Of a stretch of 64,000 nt of DNA, positions 29,474-39,678 are shown in pieces; position 1 is the stretch's first letter; every line of letters begins with the position of its first letter. The notes under the pieces are model-generated. The model had not been told where the DNA came from. It worked only from the letters and a program-made list of their open reading frames with translations, and searched no databases. The translations under genes and the position numbers were made by a program. This stretch comes from an uncultured bacterium (GTDB taxonomy: Bacteria; Krumholzibacteriota; Krumholzibacteriia; LZORAL124-64-63), in NCBI GenBank assembly GCA_963732385.1, contig CAVSZB010000007.1:192001-256000 (forward strand), read 5' to 3'.

Positions 29474-32400
29474 ATGTGCATCTTCACGCATTTCGCGGCC
29501 GGCGCGCTGGCCGGCGCGGCGACCGGCAATCCCTGGGCGGCGCTGGCCGCCGGCCTCGCCTCGCACGCGCTGCTGGACCTTTTCCCGCACTACGATTTCG
29601 CTGACTGGCGGCACGAAGTGCTGATCGGGCTGGCCCCGCTCCTGCTGCTCCTGTTTTCGCCCTTCGCTTCCGCGGCGGCGGTGAGCGGCGGGCTGGCCGG
29701 CTGCCTCCCCGATCTGGAGAATCTCCTGCATAAAATCGGCCGGTTGAAACGGCGTCGCATGATCTTCCCGACCCACACCGGCCTGCTGCCGCACGGCGCT
29801 CGCCGCGGCCCCGGCAACCTCTGGGTGCAGGCCGCCCTGGCTGCCGGCTGTCTCGCCGCGCTCGCCCTGGTGGCGCCCGGCGTGGCGCGGGCCGCGGATT
29901 TCCCGTTCGCGAACGACGGTTCTCCGGTGCCGGTGGACGCCCTGTCGGTCGATCCGTCGGCCGGGGCGCCGCTCGCCATCGTCGGTCCGCAGCAGGCGCG
30001 TCTGCTCGCCGTCGGCGATGCCGCCACGCGCCTGGAGGTGCGGTTCCCGGTGGAACGGGAGCCGGCCGACTGGTCTGCGGTGTCGCCGAGCGGGGTCTGT
30101 TGGCGCGAAGCGGGCATGGTCGTGCGCGATGGTGAGGAGGGGACACGCTCCCTGCCTTCGTCCCACGCCTGGATCCTGGCGGTGCCGACTCTGGAGACGC
30201 CGGTCGTCGGCTCGGTCGACGTGGTCTGGCGGCGGGAGCCATCGACTCCGGTCCCGGCGGCGCAGTTGGTGACCGTCGAGGGGCCCCGTCTGTTCCGGGG
30301 AGTTCCGCTGGCGATCGTGCGGGTGATCGCGGAGGCGCCCGGCGGCGGTATTCCCGAGCGCATCATCATCGACCTGACGCATCCGCCGGCCGGGGAGCCG
30401 GCAGTGGCGCTGGCCGCGTCGGGTCGCGCCCGGACGACGGCGACCCGGCAGGAGCCGCGGCCTTTCGGCGCCGACGGTGTGCTCAATCCCGAACTTTTCG
30501 CACGCCTCACCGCCGGCGATGTGCTGCGCGCGCAGATGGCTCCGACCCGCGCGGCCGCCGCCCATCCGTTCGGCCTGACGACGCGCTGGGCGCGGTTCGA
30601 AGTGCAGCAGACCGCGGTGCATCGCATCACCGGATTCGATCTCTCGCTGCTCGGCATCGTTGCGTCCCAGGTGGACCCCGCCACCCTGCGCCTCTATCGC
30701 GGCGGCGGTCTCCCCGAGGCCGCCAATCCGGTCCTGCCCGGGAGCTGGCAGGAGGGCTGGACCGGGCTGAGCGAAGTGGCGATCTCCGTGCGCGACGATG
30801 ACGGGATCTGGGACAGCAGTGACGCCATCACCTTCTACGGGGTTGGCGGCGACACCTGGCGCGATCGCTACAGTGCCGAGGCCGGCCGTCTGGACCACTT
30901 CGAACACCCCGGGACCGGCTACGGCGTCTATTGGCTCACCTGGGAACTGCCCGGCCTGGCGAGTCCGCTGCCCGGCGCGCCGCGGCGGATCGGCCCGCCC
31001 ACGCCGGCGCCGGCGCTCGGGGCCCCCCTCGTCACCTCATGGCGCGCCCGGCTGCACCGCGAGGAGTCGTACGAGGACGCCGGCGGCCGTCTGGCCGACA
31101 ATTGGGCCTGGGACACCCGGATCCGCACCCTGCGCGATCTGACCTTCGACGCCGGTCTGGTGGTGCCTGACCAGCCGACGCGGTTCGTGGTCGACGTGCG
31201 CGGCTATCACCAGCGCTCGACTTTGGATGCCGTCCTGAACCGGGCGACCGCCTGGATCAATGGCGATGCGGCCGGCGCCGCCACCAGCAGCTGGACGGTG
31301 TACGCCGAGCGGGACAGCCTGCGGGTGCGCATCGTGGGGGAGAGCCCGGCCCTGCTCACGGGCGTCAACACGCTTCATCTGCGCAACGAACTTGGCGCCA
31401 CCGGCGGGATCGACCTCGTGCTGGACAGCTTCGACCTGCTCTATTGGCAGCCGCTCGTCAAGAGCGCCGCCACCGGCTTCGCCTTCACGCACTGGGGCGA
31501 CCAGGTCGCCGCCCCGGGCGACACGATCGATCTGCGGGTGACCCTGCCGGACCTGGGCGCGGTCACGCTGTGGGACGTGTCGGATCCCCTTGCCCCGTTC
31601 ATCCTGACCGGCGATGTCTCCGGAGGTGGCGCGCCGGCGCTGACGGTCGGTCTCACGCGTACCCCCGGGCAGAGCCGGCACTTCGTGCTTTGCGATGAGA
31701 GCGATCCGGTCACGCCGCCCGTGCGCGCCCGCCGCTTCCCCTTCGATCTGCGGGCGACCCTGGGACCGTGCGACTACGTGGTCATTTACGATCCGCTCTT
31801 CGCGACAGCGGCCCAGGAGCTGGCGAGTCTGCGCAATGATCGGCTGCCGGACGTGGCGGCGCCGTCAGCACGGGCCGTGAACGAGGAAGCGATCTACGAC
31901 AATTTCTCCGGCGGCCGGAAAGACCCCTGGGCGCTGCGCAATTTCCTGAAGTGGCTCTATCTGCGGGACGCCGACCCGCTCAACCCGACCACCGGCCGGC
32001 GTCTGAAGTACGTCTGCCTGCTGGGCGATGCCTCGCGCGACTACCGGAACTACCTGCAGCACGATCCGGCCTCGCAGCTCTACGACTTCCTGCCGACCAT
32101 CGTGCGGACGGTCTTTCCCGACCGCGCGATCACCGGCGACTATCACGATCCGTTCGCTACCGATGACGCCCTGGTCAGTTTCGACGCTCCGGCGCCGGGG
32201 CAGGTGCTGGACGTCCCCGACGTGGCAACGGGGCGGTTGACGGTGCGCACTGCCGCGGCGGCGCTGGCCGCCGTGCGGCTCATCCGTGACGCGCAGCTCG
32301 ATCCGGCGCCGGGCAACTGGCGCAACCGGGTGGTGTTCGCGGCGGACGACCTGAGCCACGGCGGTTCCAGCTACGAGACCGCGCATACCGTGCAGACCGA

Positions 32401-33964
32401 GGAACTGGTGAACGGCCTGGTGCCGTTGTCGTTGGACGTCGTCAAGCTCTACATGGTGGAGTATCCGAATCCGCCGGGCAGCGTGGCCAAGCCGGCTGCG
32501 CGTCAGGAGGCGAGGCGGCTCCTGAACGAGGGGCTGACGATCTTCAACTACATCGGACACGGTTCAGAGAACGTGCTGGCGGATGAGCAGCTGTTCCTGA
32601 CCGAGGACATCGCCTCGCTGGCCAACGGCGCCCGCCGCGGCCTCTTCATCGCTTTCAGTTGTGACGTGGGGATCTACGACAGCCCCGTGACCCAGAGCAT
32701 GGCCGAGACTTTCGTGAGTCCGGGAGCGGGCGGCGCGATTGCCGCCATCGCCGCGGCGCAGGTGACCTTCGTCTCCTACAATAACGAACTCTCCGCGGAC
32801 TTATTCCGGTATCTCTATCCTGGGCGGCGGGTGGATTCGGGGTATTCGCCCGGCAGGGCCCTGCTGCTGGCCAAGCGCGCCAGCCAGTACCTCGACAACA
32901 GCCAGAAATACCTGCTGTTTGGCGATCCGGCCCTGCGCCTGCCGCAACCGTCCGCCGGACTCGCCTTTTTGCCAGGCAGCGTTGATACGCTGCGGGCCGG
33001 CCTGCCCGCCGCGACCCTGGCCGATCTCGCCGGCGCCGGCGTCGATGCGGGCGCGGGGTACGACCTGCGGGTCGAGGAATCGCGCCGTGACCGCGTCATC
33101 ACCACGGTCTTCCCGTATCTGCGCTACTCCCTGCCGGGCGCCGCCGCCTTCCGCGGCGGGGGGATCGCGGCGGCGGATCCGTTGCGGGTGGCGTTCCGCA
33201 CACCGTCGCAGTTGCATTACGGGGCGCACGGGCGGGTGCGGCTGATCGTCGAGGGGCCGGACGGCCCGCTGGCGGTGGCGTCGGAGCTGCCGGTGGTGGC
33301 GGCGGCGAGCGGGCAGACGGACGACCTGGTCGGGCCGGCCATCGCGCTGGCGTTCCCGGACGGACGCTACCGGGTGCCGCCCGGGACGGCGCTCGGCGGG
33401 GCACTGTTCGATACCAGCGGTGTGAACGTGCTCGGCACCACGCCCAACAGCAGCATCCTGTTCGAACTCGACGGCAGCGACGTCCTCACGGACGTGACCG
33501 ATGCCTTCACGTTCGCTCCCGGCAGCTACACCGAGGGGCGGGTCGAGCTGGCGCTGCCGCTCGATCTGACGCCGGGCGCGCACCGGCTGGCGCTGTTCGC
33601 CAGCGATGTGCTCGGCAACGTCGGCAGCGACACCCTCGCTTTCCAGGTCGTGCCGGTCGGCAAGGTCGGTCTGGCCGGCGTGACGCTTTTTCCGAACCCG
33701 ACGCCTGGCGACTGCCGGCTCGTTTTCGAATTGAGCGAACCGATGACCGTGGCGTGGGACATCTACACCGTGGGCGGACGGCGCCTCTGGCACCAGCTCG
33801 AGGAGTTCACCACGGCCGGTCCCAAGATTCTGCGCTGGGACGGTCGGGACGGCGAAGGCGACGAAATCGCCAACGGCGTCTATCTTTACGTCCTGCGCGG
33901 CAGCCGGGTCGATGATCCCGGGCGCGAAGTGCGAGAGAAGGGCCAGATCGTGATCATGAAGTGA
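29474..33964 (+). CDS. porU: PorU-like C25 (gingipain-family) cysteine peptidase with N-terminal membrane metal-hydrolase-like domain and C-terminal FlgD/T9SS-type domain
   Basis: IYDNFSGG..DPWALRNFL, LLGDAS, TDD, DVATGRL, catalytic YIGHG and FSC, YLLFGDPAL; C-terminal FPNP..IYTVGGR..WDGRD..ANGVYLY. Start moved to ATG 29474 because Trm112 occupies the upstream part of the ORF. Confidence 0.8.
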   Translation: MCIFTHFAAGALAGAATGNPWAALAAGLASHALLDLFPHYDFADWRHEVLIGLAPLLLLLFSPFASAAAVSGGLAGCLPDLENLLHKIGRLKRRRMIFPTHTGLLPHGARRGPGNLWVQAALAAGCLAALALVAPGVARAADFPFANDGSPVPVDALSVDPSAGAPLAIVGPQQARLLAVGDAATRLEVRFPVEREPADWSAVSPSGVCWREAGMVVRDGEEGTRSLPSSHAWILAVPTLETPVVGSVDVVWRREPSTPVPAAQLVTVEGPRLFRGVPLAIVRVIAEAPGGGIPERIIIDLTHPPAGEPAVALAASGRARTTATRQEPRPFGADGVLNPELFARLTAGDVLRAQMAPTRAAAAHPFGLTTRWARFEVQQTAVHRITGFDLSLLGIVASQVDPATLRLYRGGGLPEAANPVLPGSWQEGWTGLSEVAISVRDDDGIWDSSDAITFYGVGGDTWRDRYSAEAGRLDHFEHPGTGYGVYWLTWELPGLASPLPGAPRRIGPPTPAPALGAPLVTSWRARLHREESYEDAGGRLADNWAWDTRIRTLRDLTFDAGLVVPDQPTRFVVDVRGYHQRSTLDAVLNRATAWINGDAAGAATSSWTVYAERDSLRVRIVGESPALLTGVNTLHLRNELGATGGIDLVLDSFDLLYWQPLVKSAATGFAFTHWGDQVAAPGDTIDLRVTLPDLGAVTLWDVSDPLAPFILTGDVSGGGAPALTVGLTRTPGQSRHFVLCDESDPVTPPVRARRFPFDLRATLGPCDYVVIYDPLFATAAQELASLRNDRLPDVAAPSARAVNEEAIYDNFSGGRKDPWALRNFLKWLYLRDADPLNPTTGRRLKYVCLLGDASRDYRNYLQHDPASQLYDFLPTIVRTVFPDRAITGDYHDPFATDDALVSFDAPAPGQVLDVPDVATGRLTVRTAAAALAAVRLIRDAQLDPAPGNWRNRVVFAADDLSHGGSSYETAHTVQTEELVNGLVPLSLDVVKLYMVEYPNPPGSVAKPAARQEARRLLNEGLTIFNYIGHGSENVLADEQLFLTEDIASLANGARRGLFIAFSCDVGIYDSPVTQSMAETFVSPGAGGAIAAIAAAQVTFVSYNNELSADLFRYLYPGRRVDSGYSPGRALLLAKRASQYLDNSQKYLLFGDPALRLPQPSAGLAFLPGSVDTLRAGLPAATLADLAGAGVDAGAGYDLRVEESRRDRVITTVFPYLRYSLPGAAAFRGGGIAAADPLRVAFRTPSQLHYGAHGRVRLIVEGPDGPLAVASELPVVAAASGQTDDLVGPAIALAFPDGRYRVPPGTALGGALFDTSGVNVLGTTPNSSILFELDGSDVLTDVTDAFTFAPGSYTEGRVELALPLDLTPGAHRLALFASDVLGNVGSDTLAFQVVPVGKVGLAGVTLFPNPTPGDCRLVFELSEPMTVAWDIYTVGGRRLWHQLEEFTTAGPKILRWDGRDGEGDEIANGVYLYVLRGSRVDDPGREVREKGQIVIMK

Positions 33965-34029
33965 CCGGTGCCCGGCGCGTGAGACTAGTCGGCGGCCGGA
34001 AGTAATCCCTGGATGGAGGTTCGAGGACG

Positions 34030-35058
34030 ATGAAGACGTGGAAGCTGATGGCGATGACGACTCTTGTGGGGCTGCTGAGCGCGGGCCCCTGCCTGGCCGT
34101 CTCCGGGGCCGGCGCGATTGCGCTCGAGTTCCCGATCGGCGCTCGCTACAACGCCCTGGGCGAGGCTGGCGTGGCCCTGGCCCAGGATGTCACTGCGGCC
34201 TGGTGGAATCCTGGCGGCCTGGCCTTTCTGCGGGATCGCGGCAAGTCGCATGATCTGCACATCATGCAGTCGAACCTCGCCGAAGGACTGGCGGACGACA
34301 TCGCCCTCTACTGGGCCGGCTACGCCAGTGGAGCCGGCAATAACAGCAACCTCGCCTTCAGCCTGACCTATCTCGACATGGGCGAGCAGGAGGCGACCGA
34401 CGAATCCGGCACGGTGACCGGAACCTTCGCGTCCTACATGTTCGCCTTCGGCGCGACCTACGGCGTCAAGCTGACCCCGAACCTCGGAGCCGGCATCGGC
34501 GCGAAGTACTTCCGCGACAAGCTGGCCGACGACAACGTGTTGAAGGACGGCCACGGCGGCTCCGGCTCGAGCTTCGCGCTCGACGCCGGCGTGCTCTGGA
34601 AAGTGCCGTCCTACCGGCTCAACGCCGCGCTGGCCGTGGCGAACCTCGGCCCCGGCGTCAAGCACGTGGATGCCGATCAGAGCGACCCGCTGCCGCGCAA
34701 GCTGACAGCCGGCCTGGCCTACAGCCTGTTCAGCAGCGAGGCCTCCGCGTTGCTGCTCGTGGCCGACGCGCAGGTGCCGCTTTTGAAGTGGAACGAGGAC
34801 AACGAGGACTACGGCGTCGGTTTCAACACGGACGAGAAGGTGTTCGGCTACGGCGCGGAGTGGTCCTACGTGCAGTCGCTGGCGGTGCGGATCGGCTACA
34901 AGGACGACTCCGCGGGCGACATCCAGGATCTGACCTGGGGTTTCGGTATCGATCTGGAGCGGTGGACGGGTGAGGGGATCACCTTCAGCTTCGCACAGGT
35001 GCCGCAGGCGAAGGATCTCGATCCGGTCAAGCGCTTCTCGCTGGGCTATCGTTTCTAG
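34030..35058 (+). CDS. porV: PorV/PorQ-family outer-membrane beta-barrel
   Basis: Signal peptide; LEFPIGARYNALGEAGVA..DVTAAWWNPGGL, DAGVLW, NLGP, PLP; C-terminal FSLGYRF; directly downstream of porU as in Bacteroidota. Confidence 0.8.
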   Translation: MKTWKLMAMTTLVGLLSAGPCLAVSGAGAIALEFPIGARYNALGEAGVALAQDVTAAWWNPGGLAFLRDRGKSHDLHIMQSNLAEGLADDIALYWAGYASGAGNNSNLAFSLTYLDMGEQEATDESGTVTGTFASYMFAFGATYGVKLTPNLGAGIGAKYFRDKLADDNVLKDGHGGSGSSFALDAGVLWKVPSYRLNAALAVANLGPGVKHVDADQSDPLPRKLTAGLAYSLFSSEASALLLVADAQVPLLKWNEDNEDYGVGFNTDEKVFGYGAEWSYVQSLAVRIGYKDDSAGDIQDLTWGFGIDLERWTGEGITFSFAQVPQAKDLDPVKRFSLGYRF

Positions 35059-35080
35059 GCGCGGTTTCCGCTGCCGGGGG

Positions 35081-35104
35081 CGGACGGGGCGCGGGCCCCG
35101 TCCG
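35081..35104 (+). other. Intergenic GC hairpin without U-tract (possible mRNA-stabilising element)
   Basis: CGGACGGGGC-GCGG-GCCCCGTCCG, a perfect 10-bp stem. Confidence 0.4.
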
Positions 35105-35120
35105 GTCGCCGGAAGGAGTT

Positions 35121-38100
35121 GTGAGCTTGCGACGTCTGCCGTCGTTCCTGCCGCTGGCGATCGCCCTGATGAGCCTGTGCGTGGCGGACATCGCGCGCGC
35201 GGCAGTTCCGGGCGCCCCCCCGCATCCGGTGGAGCGGGTGCCGTTCGTCAAGCTCGGCGAACGGTCGCCTGAGGCGGAGGCGCGGCGGACGCGCGAACTG
35301 GCGCGTCAGGGGGCCGTCGCGCGGCGACAGCAGGAATTGCATGCGACGCTGGGCCCGCACCGGGTCTCGCGTCGCGCCCTGGCGCAACTGGCTGCGCAGG
35401 GGCTCGGTCCCGCCAGGCTCGCGTACGGAGACGACGCCGGCGCGGTGGCGGCCGCGAAAGCCGGCACCGACACGCTGCGCGTGCTGATCGTGAGGATCGG
35501 CTTCGCGGCCGACCGCAGCGGCGATCTCACCAGCGTCACGACCGACGGCAACTTCCAGCTCACGCCCGATCCGGCCGTGCACATCGATCCGCCGCCGCAT
35601 GATCGGGCCTTCTACGAGTCCCATCTCTACGGCCTGTCGCAATATTACACCTTCCAGTCGGGGGGCCGGCTGGTCATCCGCGGCCGGGTTCTGCCGGGCG
35701 TCGACAATGACTGCTACCGGCTCTCCGATCTGGCCGACTACGGACCGGGCGCCGGGGGCGGCTGGACCATCGAGCGGCTCGAGTGGCTGGTGCGGGACAT
35801 GATCGCCGCGGCCGACACCGGCCTCGTGGCCGATGGCCTCGATCTCTCCGACTTCGATGACAGTCACCCGTTCACCTACGTAATCTTCGTGCATGCCGGC
35901 GGCGACTTGCAAAGCGATGTCAACGGCGATTCGCCCAACGACGTGCCGACCTTCTTCATCAGTCTCGGCGAGCCGGCCGCGCTGCGGGGGGGCGGTACGC
36001 TCTCCGAGTGCTCGGTCATCCCCGAGAGCACCACGCAGGACGGCTACCTCGGCAGCATCGCGGCCGCGCTCTACCACGAATTCGGCCACGCGCTCGGCCT
36101 CGTGGACATTTACGACACCAGTTCCGGCCTGCCCAGCGCCGGCATCTGGACGCTGATGGACGCCGGTACGAATCTCGCCGCGAACGTCGGCTTTCCGACC
36201 CCGACGCCCGGGTATCCCGACAGCATCGAAGTGGCCACGGTGACCGGCCTGCTGCCGCCGTCGCTGGGGGCGTGGGACAAATGGTTCCTCGGCTGGCTGG
36301 AGACCGAGACACTCGCCGGAGGTCCTGACGCCATACGGCTGCCGGCGGTCCAGATTCCCCGGACCAGCGACGAGTACCTGCGCTACCGGAACGCCGGTTT
36401 CGACCTCCAACTGACCGATCCGCAGGCGCTCGTGGCCGGCGTTTCCCGGCGCGAGTTCTTCCTGCTCGAGAACCGCTGGGTGCCGATGTCGGGCGCGGAA
36501 CTGCCGGAGCAGGAGGGGATCGGCCTGCTGCGCGATCAGCAGACCGGCGTCATTCTCTATCTCGCCGGAGACGATCCCGACGGCGATGGACCCGAGCCGC
36601 CCCGTAACACCGGCATGTACGACTTCTTCATGCCTGACGGCGGCCTGCTCGTCTGGCACGTCAACCAGCAGCGGATTGAAGCGTCCCTCGCGGACAACAC
36701 GGTCAATGCCGACGGCGACGGACTGCGGCTCGTCGAGGCGGACGGCATCCAGGACATCGGCGTGATCGATCCGTACGTGCTCGGCTTCTGGGGCACCTCG
36801 AGAGACCCGTTCCATGCCGGCAAGCCCGGTTCCCCCGCCACCGGCGTGGCGCTGGGACAGGAGGGGGCGCCGTCGAGCCGTGCGTTCGATCGGGCGTGGA
36901 CCGGGGTCACGCTGGCCGACATCTCCGCCAACGAGGCGCTGATGACGTTGACGGCCGGGGTCGATCCGCTGGTATCGTCACCCTCGCCGGAACTTCCGCC
37001 TTACGACGCGGCCGAGGCCGAAGCCCTCGATGGCGAACCGGGTCCGCGCGCCCTCGACCACGCGTCGGTCACGCCGTGCCGCCTGGCGACCCATGAAGCG
37101 CTCGTCTATGCCGACGCGCCGCGGCCAGACTGGGGCGACAGCACCTTCAGCGCCTGGGGCGCCACGCTTTTCGCGCTGCGCCAGGACGGCAGCCAGCTTG
37201 CCTCTCCCCCGCCCGGTCTGCCGACCGGCGCGGTCTATCGCTTCGCGGCGCCACTGTCCGGACCGCCGATCGCGCTGTCGGGACTGCCTGATGTCGAAGG
37301 CGATCTGGTCATCGCCGCGGCGCGCGACGGGGTCGTGTTGGCGCTGCGAGGGGTGTCGGACGAGAACAATGTGCTGGTCGACTGGACGCGACGGGTCGGC
37401 GCGAGCCTGCCGTTCGCCCCCGCTGTCTGCGGTGATTCGCTGCTGCTCTGCTGCGTCGCCCCCGACACCGTGCGGCTGCTGCGTCCCGACGGCACGGTTG
37501 GCCAGGCCGTGCGGCTGACGAGGCCGTCGGGGACGTTCGTGGCGCCGCCGCTGCCGCTTGCGCTGCCCGCGCTGGGCGGCGCCTGCGTGGTGTTCAGAGC
37601 CGGCGGCTGGCAGATCATCGACCTGGCGTCCGATCAGGGGTTGCCGTCGCCGGCCTCGGTTTCCGTGCCATACGATTTCCCGCCGGGTGACCAGGCCCCG
37701 CGGGCGGTCGTCATGCCGCGTGACGACGGTGCCACGCTGGTGATCTGCGGGCCGGGCGGCGAGTTGCGCGCCTGGCGGCTCGGACCGTCCGGCGGCGAAG
37801 TGACGCGCCTGCCGTGGCCCGAGACGTTGGACGGGGTGCCGGCCGGTGATCCGGCCGTGGCCGATCTTGACGGCGACGGGCGGCACGATTTCGTAGTCGC
37901 CACGCCCCGCCGCGTGCACGCTTTGTCGGCCGCAGGCGTGGCGCTGCGCGGCTTCCCCGTCCCGCTGCGCGAACTGTTCCCGCTGGCCGACAGCACCCGC
38001 TTCGCCGGACCCGTTGCCGTGCTGGACGTGAGCGGCGACGGCCGCGACGAAATCTGCCTCGTCACCGACGGCGGACACCTGATCCTGCTCGACGCCGAGG

Positions 38101-38672
38101 GGCGTCTGGTCACCCGCACGCCGTTCCAGTGGGGCGGCAGCGGGGCGTCAGGTCTGGCGGCCGGCCGGTCCGGCGAAGGCGCCGGGCGGGTGCTTTGGCT
38201 GGCCGAAGCGGGCGGGCGGACCGCGCCGCCGCTGGCGCGGCGCTGGCTGAGCGGACGGCTGGTCGGTTATCGCGTGGCCGATTCGGCGCTCGCCGTCCTG
38301 CACACCTCCGAGTGGCTCGGACCCGGCGGCGGCCCGGCGCGCGGCGGACCGCTGGGCGAGCCGCGCGATCTGGGGGCGTTGTCGCCCCTGCGGGTCGAGG
38401 TGGACCGGGTCGTCGTCTATCCGAATCCGGCGCGGACCTCACGCGTGACGGTGCGGTTCTACAGTGCCGACACGGTGCCGGCGCGCCTGGCGCTGCACAA
38501 TGTCTCGGGCGAGGTAGTGGCGGAGGCGATTGCCCCGGCCATCGCCGGCGTGGTGAACGAGTATGGCTGGGACCTGCCGCGGCTCGCCGGCGGAGTCTAC
38601 CTGATGCGCGTCGAGGCGAGCGGGTCGACGGGACGGAAGCGCTGGCTGACGCGGCTGGCCGTGGAGCGATGA
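35121..38672 (+). CDS. Secreted M6 (immune inhibitor A-like) metalloprotease with FG-GAP repeats and T9SS-type C-terminal domain
   Basis: Signal peptide DIARA|A; IFVHAG, HEFGHALGLVDIYD, WTLMDAG, AWDKWFLGW, EFFLLENR, GLLVWHV, VEADG; DLDGDGRHD; C-terminal VYPNP...GGVYLMRV. Confidence 0.82.
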   Translation: MSLRRLPSFLPLAIALMSLCVADIARAAVPGAPPHPVERVPFVKLGERSPEAEARRTRELARQGAVARRQQELHATLGPHRVSRRALAQLAAQGLGPARLAYGDDAGAVAAAKAGTDTLRVLIVRIGFAADRSGDLTSVTTDGNFQLTPDPAVHIDPPPHDRAFYESHLYGLSQYYTFQSGGRLVIRGRVLPGVDNDCYRLSDLADYGPGAGGGWTIERLEWLVRDMIAAADTGLVADGLDLSDFDDSHPFTYVIFVHAGGDLQSDVNGDSPNDVPTFFISLGEPAALRGGGTLSECSVIPESTTQDGYLGSIAAALYHEFGHALGLVDIYDTSSGLPSAGIWTLMDAGTNLAANVGFPTPTPGYPDSIEVATVTGLLPPSLGAWDKWFLGWLETETLAGGPDAIRLPAVQIPRTSDEYLRYRNAGFDLQLTDPQALVAGVSRREFFLLENRWVPMSGAELPEQEGIGLLRDQQTGVILYLAGDDPDGDGPEPPRNTGMYDFFMPDGGLLVWHVNQQRIEASLADNTVNADGDGLRLVEADGIQDIGVIDPYVLGFWGTSRDPFHAGKPGSPATGVALGQEGAPSSRAFDRAWTGVTLADISANEALMTLTAGVDPLVSSPSPELPPYDAAEAEALDGEPGPRALDHASVTPCRLATHEALVYADAPRPDWGDSTFSAWGATLFALRQDGSQLASPPPGLPTGAVYRFAAPLSGPPIALSGLPDVEGDLVIAAARDGVVLALRGVSDENNVLVDWTRRVGASLPFAPAVCGDSLLLCCVAPDTVRLLRPDGTVGQAVRLTRPSGTFVAPPLPLALPALGGACVVFRAGGWQIIDLASDQGLPSPASVSVPYDFPPGDQAPRAVVMPRDDGATLVICGPGGELRAWRLGPSGGEVTRLPWPETLDGVPAGDPAVADLDGDGRHDFVVATPRRVHALSAAGVALRGFPVPLRELFPLADSTRFAGPVAVLDVSGDGRDEICLVTDGGHLILLDAEGRLVTRTPFQWGGSGASGLAAGRSGEGAGRVLWLAEAGGRTAPPLARRWLSGRLVGYRVADSALAVLHTSEWLGPGGGPARGGPLGEPRDLGALSPLRVEVDRVVVYPNPARTSRVTVRFYSADTVPARLALHNVSGEVVAEAIAPAIAGVVNEYGWDLPRLAGGVYLMRVEASGSTGRKRWLTRLAVER

Positions 38673-38716
38673 GACCGGCGCGCCGGCCCGCGGCGCGCCC
38701 ACCGGGAGGACGGATA

Positions 38717-39652
38717 ATGTTGAACTGGCGCTCGGTGGCCCGGCTGGCCGCCATCTCGCTCATGCTGCTGGTCTGCGGGGCGGATCGCGTCGTGGCGGAC
38801 GCGACGTCCTCGCCGGCAACGACGGCGTCGCTCGCGCGCGCTGACTGGCTGCTCGATCGCCTGGCGACAGCACCGGGCGTTCCGGGCCTCGGCCGGCTGG
38901 CGGCGTTCGACCAGCAGGGCGAAACAGGTGGTGTCGGAGGTGGCGCCGCCGTGGCGGATGCCGGCGATGGCGGCCACCGCGGCGCGGCGCTGCCGATGGC
39001 GATGTCGTTCGTCCTGCCTGGCCTCGGCGAAGTCTGGCTCGGGCACAAGCGCGGTTACGCGCTGATGGCGATCGATGTGGCGAGCTGGATCGGCGTGGCG
39101 CACTACGCCAGCGAGGGCAACAAAAAGCGGGACGAGTACTACGCCTACGCCGATGCGCACTGGAGCGAGCCGAGACTCGAGGCGGCCTACGGCGACGTCA
39201 GTCTTTCAGGCACCTTCTATTTTGGTTGGACCGATTACCTCACGCTGCCTCTCTGGGTGTCCGCGGTGGACGACCGGCGTGAGTACTACGAAAATCTCGG
39301 CAAGTGGGACCAGTTCGTCTTCGGCTGGGACGACTTCCTCGATCCCCGCGAGTTCCTGGTCCAATCCGAATATACGAGCCAGGATCTGCAGGACCCGCGC
39401 GTCTCGACGAATCGCGAGACGTACCGCGCCATGCGCGAGGATTCGAACCGCCAGTTTACAAATCGGGACCGGCTCCTGTATCTTAATATGGCCACACGGT
39501 TGTTCAGCCTCTTCGAGGTCGCCTATCTCCAGGGTCTGTTGGGGGGCGGTCCTGCGAGGGATCAGCTCGCCATCGCCGGTCATCCGGTGACCCTGATCGC
39601 CGAGCCGGTCGGCTGGAGCAGCAGTCGTCTCGGTGTTTCGGTGGCCTATTGA
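38717..39652 (+). CDS. Exported/membrane hypothetical protein, DUF5683-like
   Basis: ATG after GGAGGA; signal peptide; MSFVLPGLGEVW motif; YYENLGKWDQFVFGW. Confidence 0.6.
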   Translation: MLNWRSVARLAAISLMLLVCGADRVVADATSSPATTASLARADWLLDRLATAPGVPGLGRLAAFDQQGETGGVGGGAAVADAGDGGHRGAALPMAMSFVLPGLGEVWLGHKRGYALMAIDVASWIGVAHYASEGNKKRDEYYAYADAHWSEPRLEAAYGDVSLSGTFYFGWTDYLTLPLWVSAVDDRREYYENLGKWDQFVFGWDDFLDPREFLVQSEYTSQDLQDPRVSTNRETYRAMREDSNRQFTNRDRLLYLNMATRLFSLFEVAYLQGLLGGGPARDQLAIAGHPVTLIAEPVGWSSSRLGVSVAY

Positions 39653-39678
39653 TCTGCCCGGGAAGCGAGGGACGGGGC

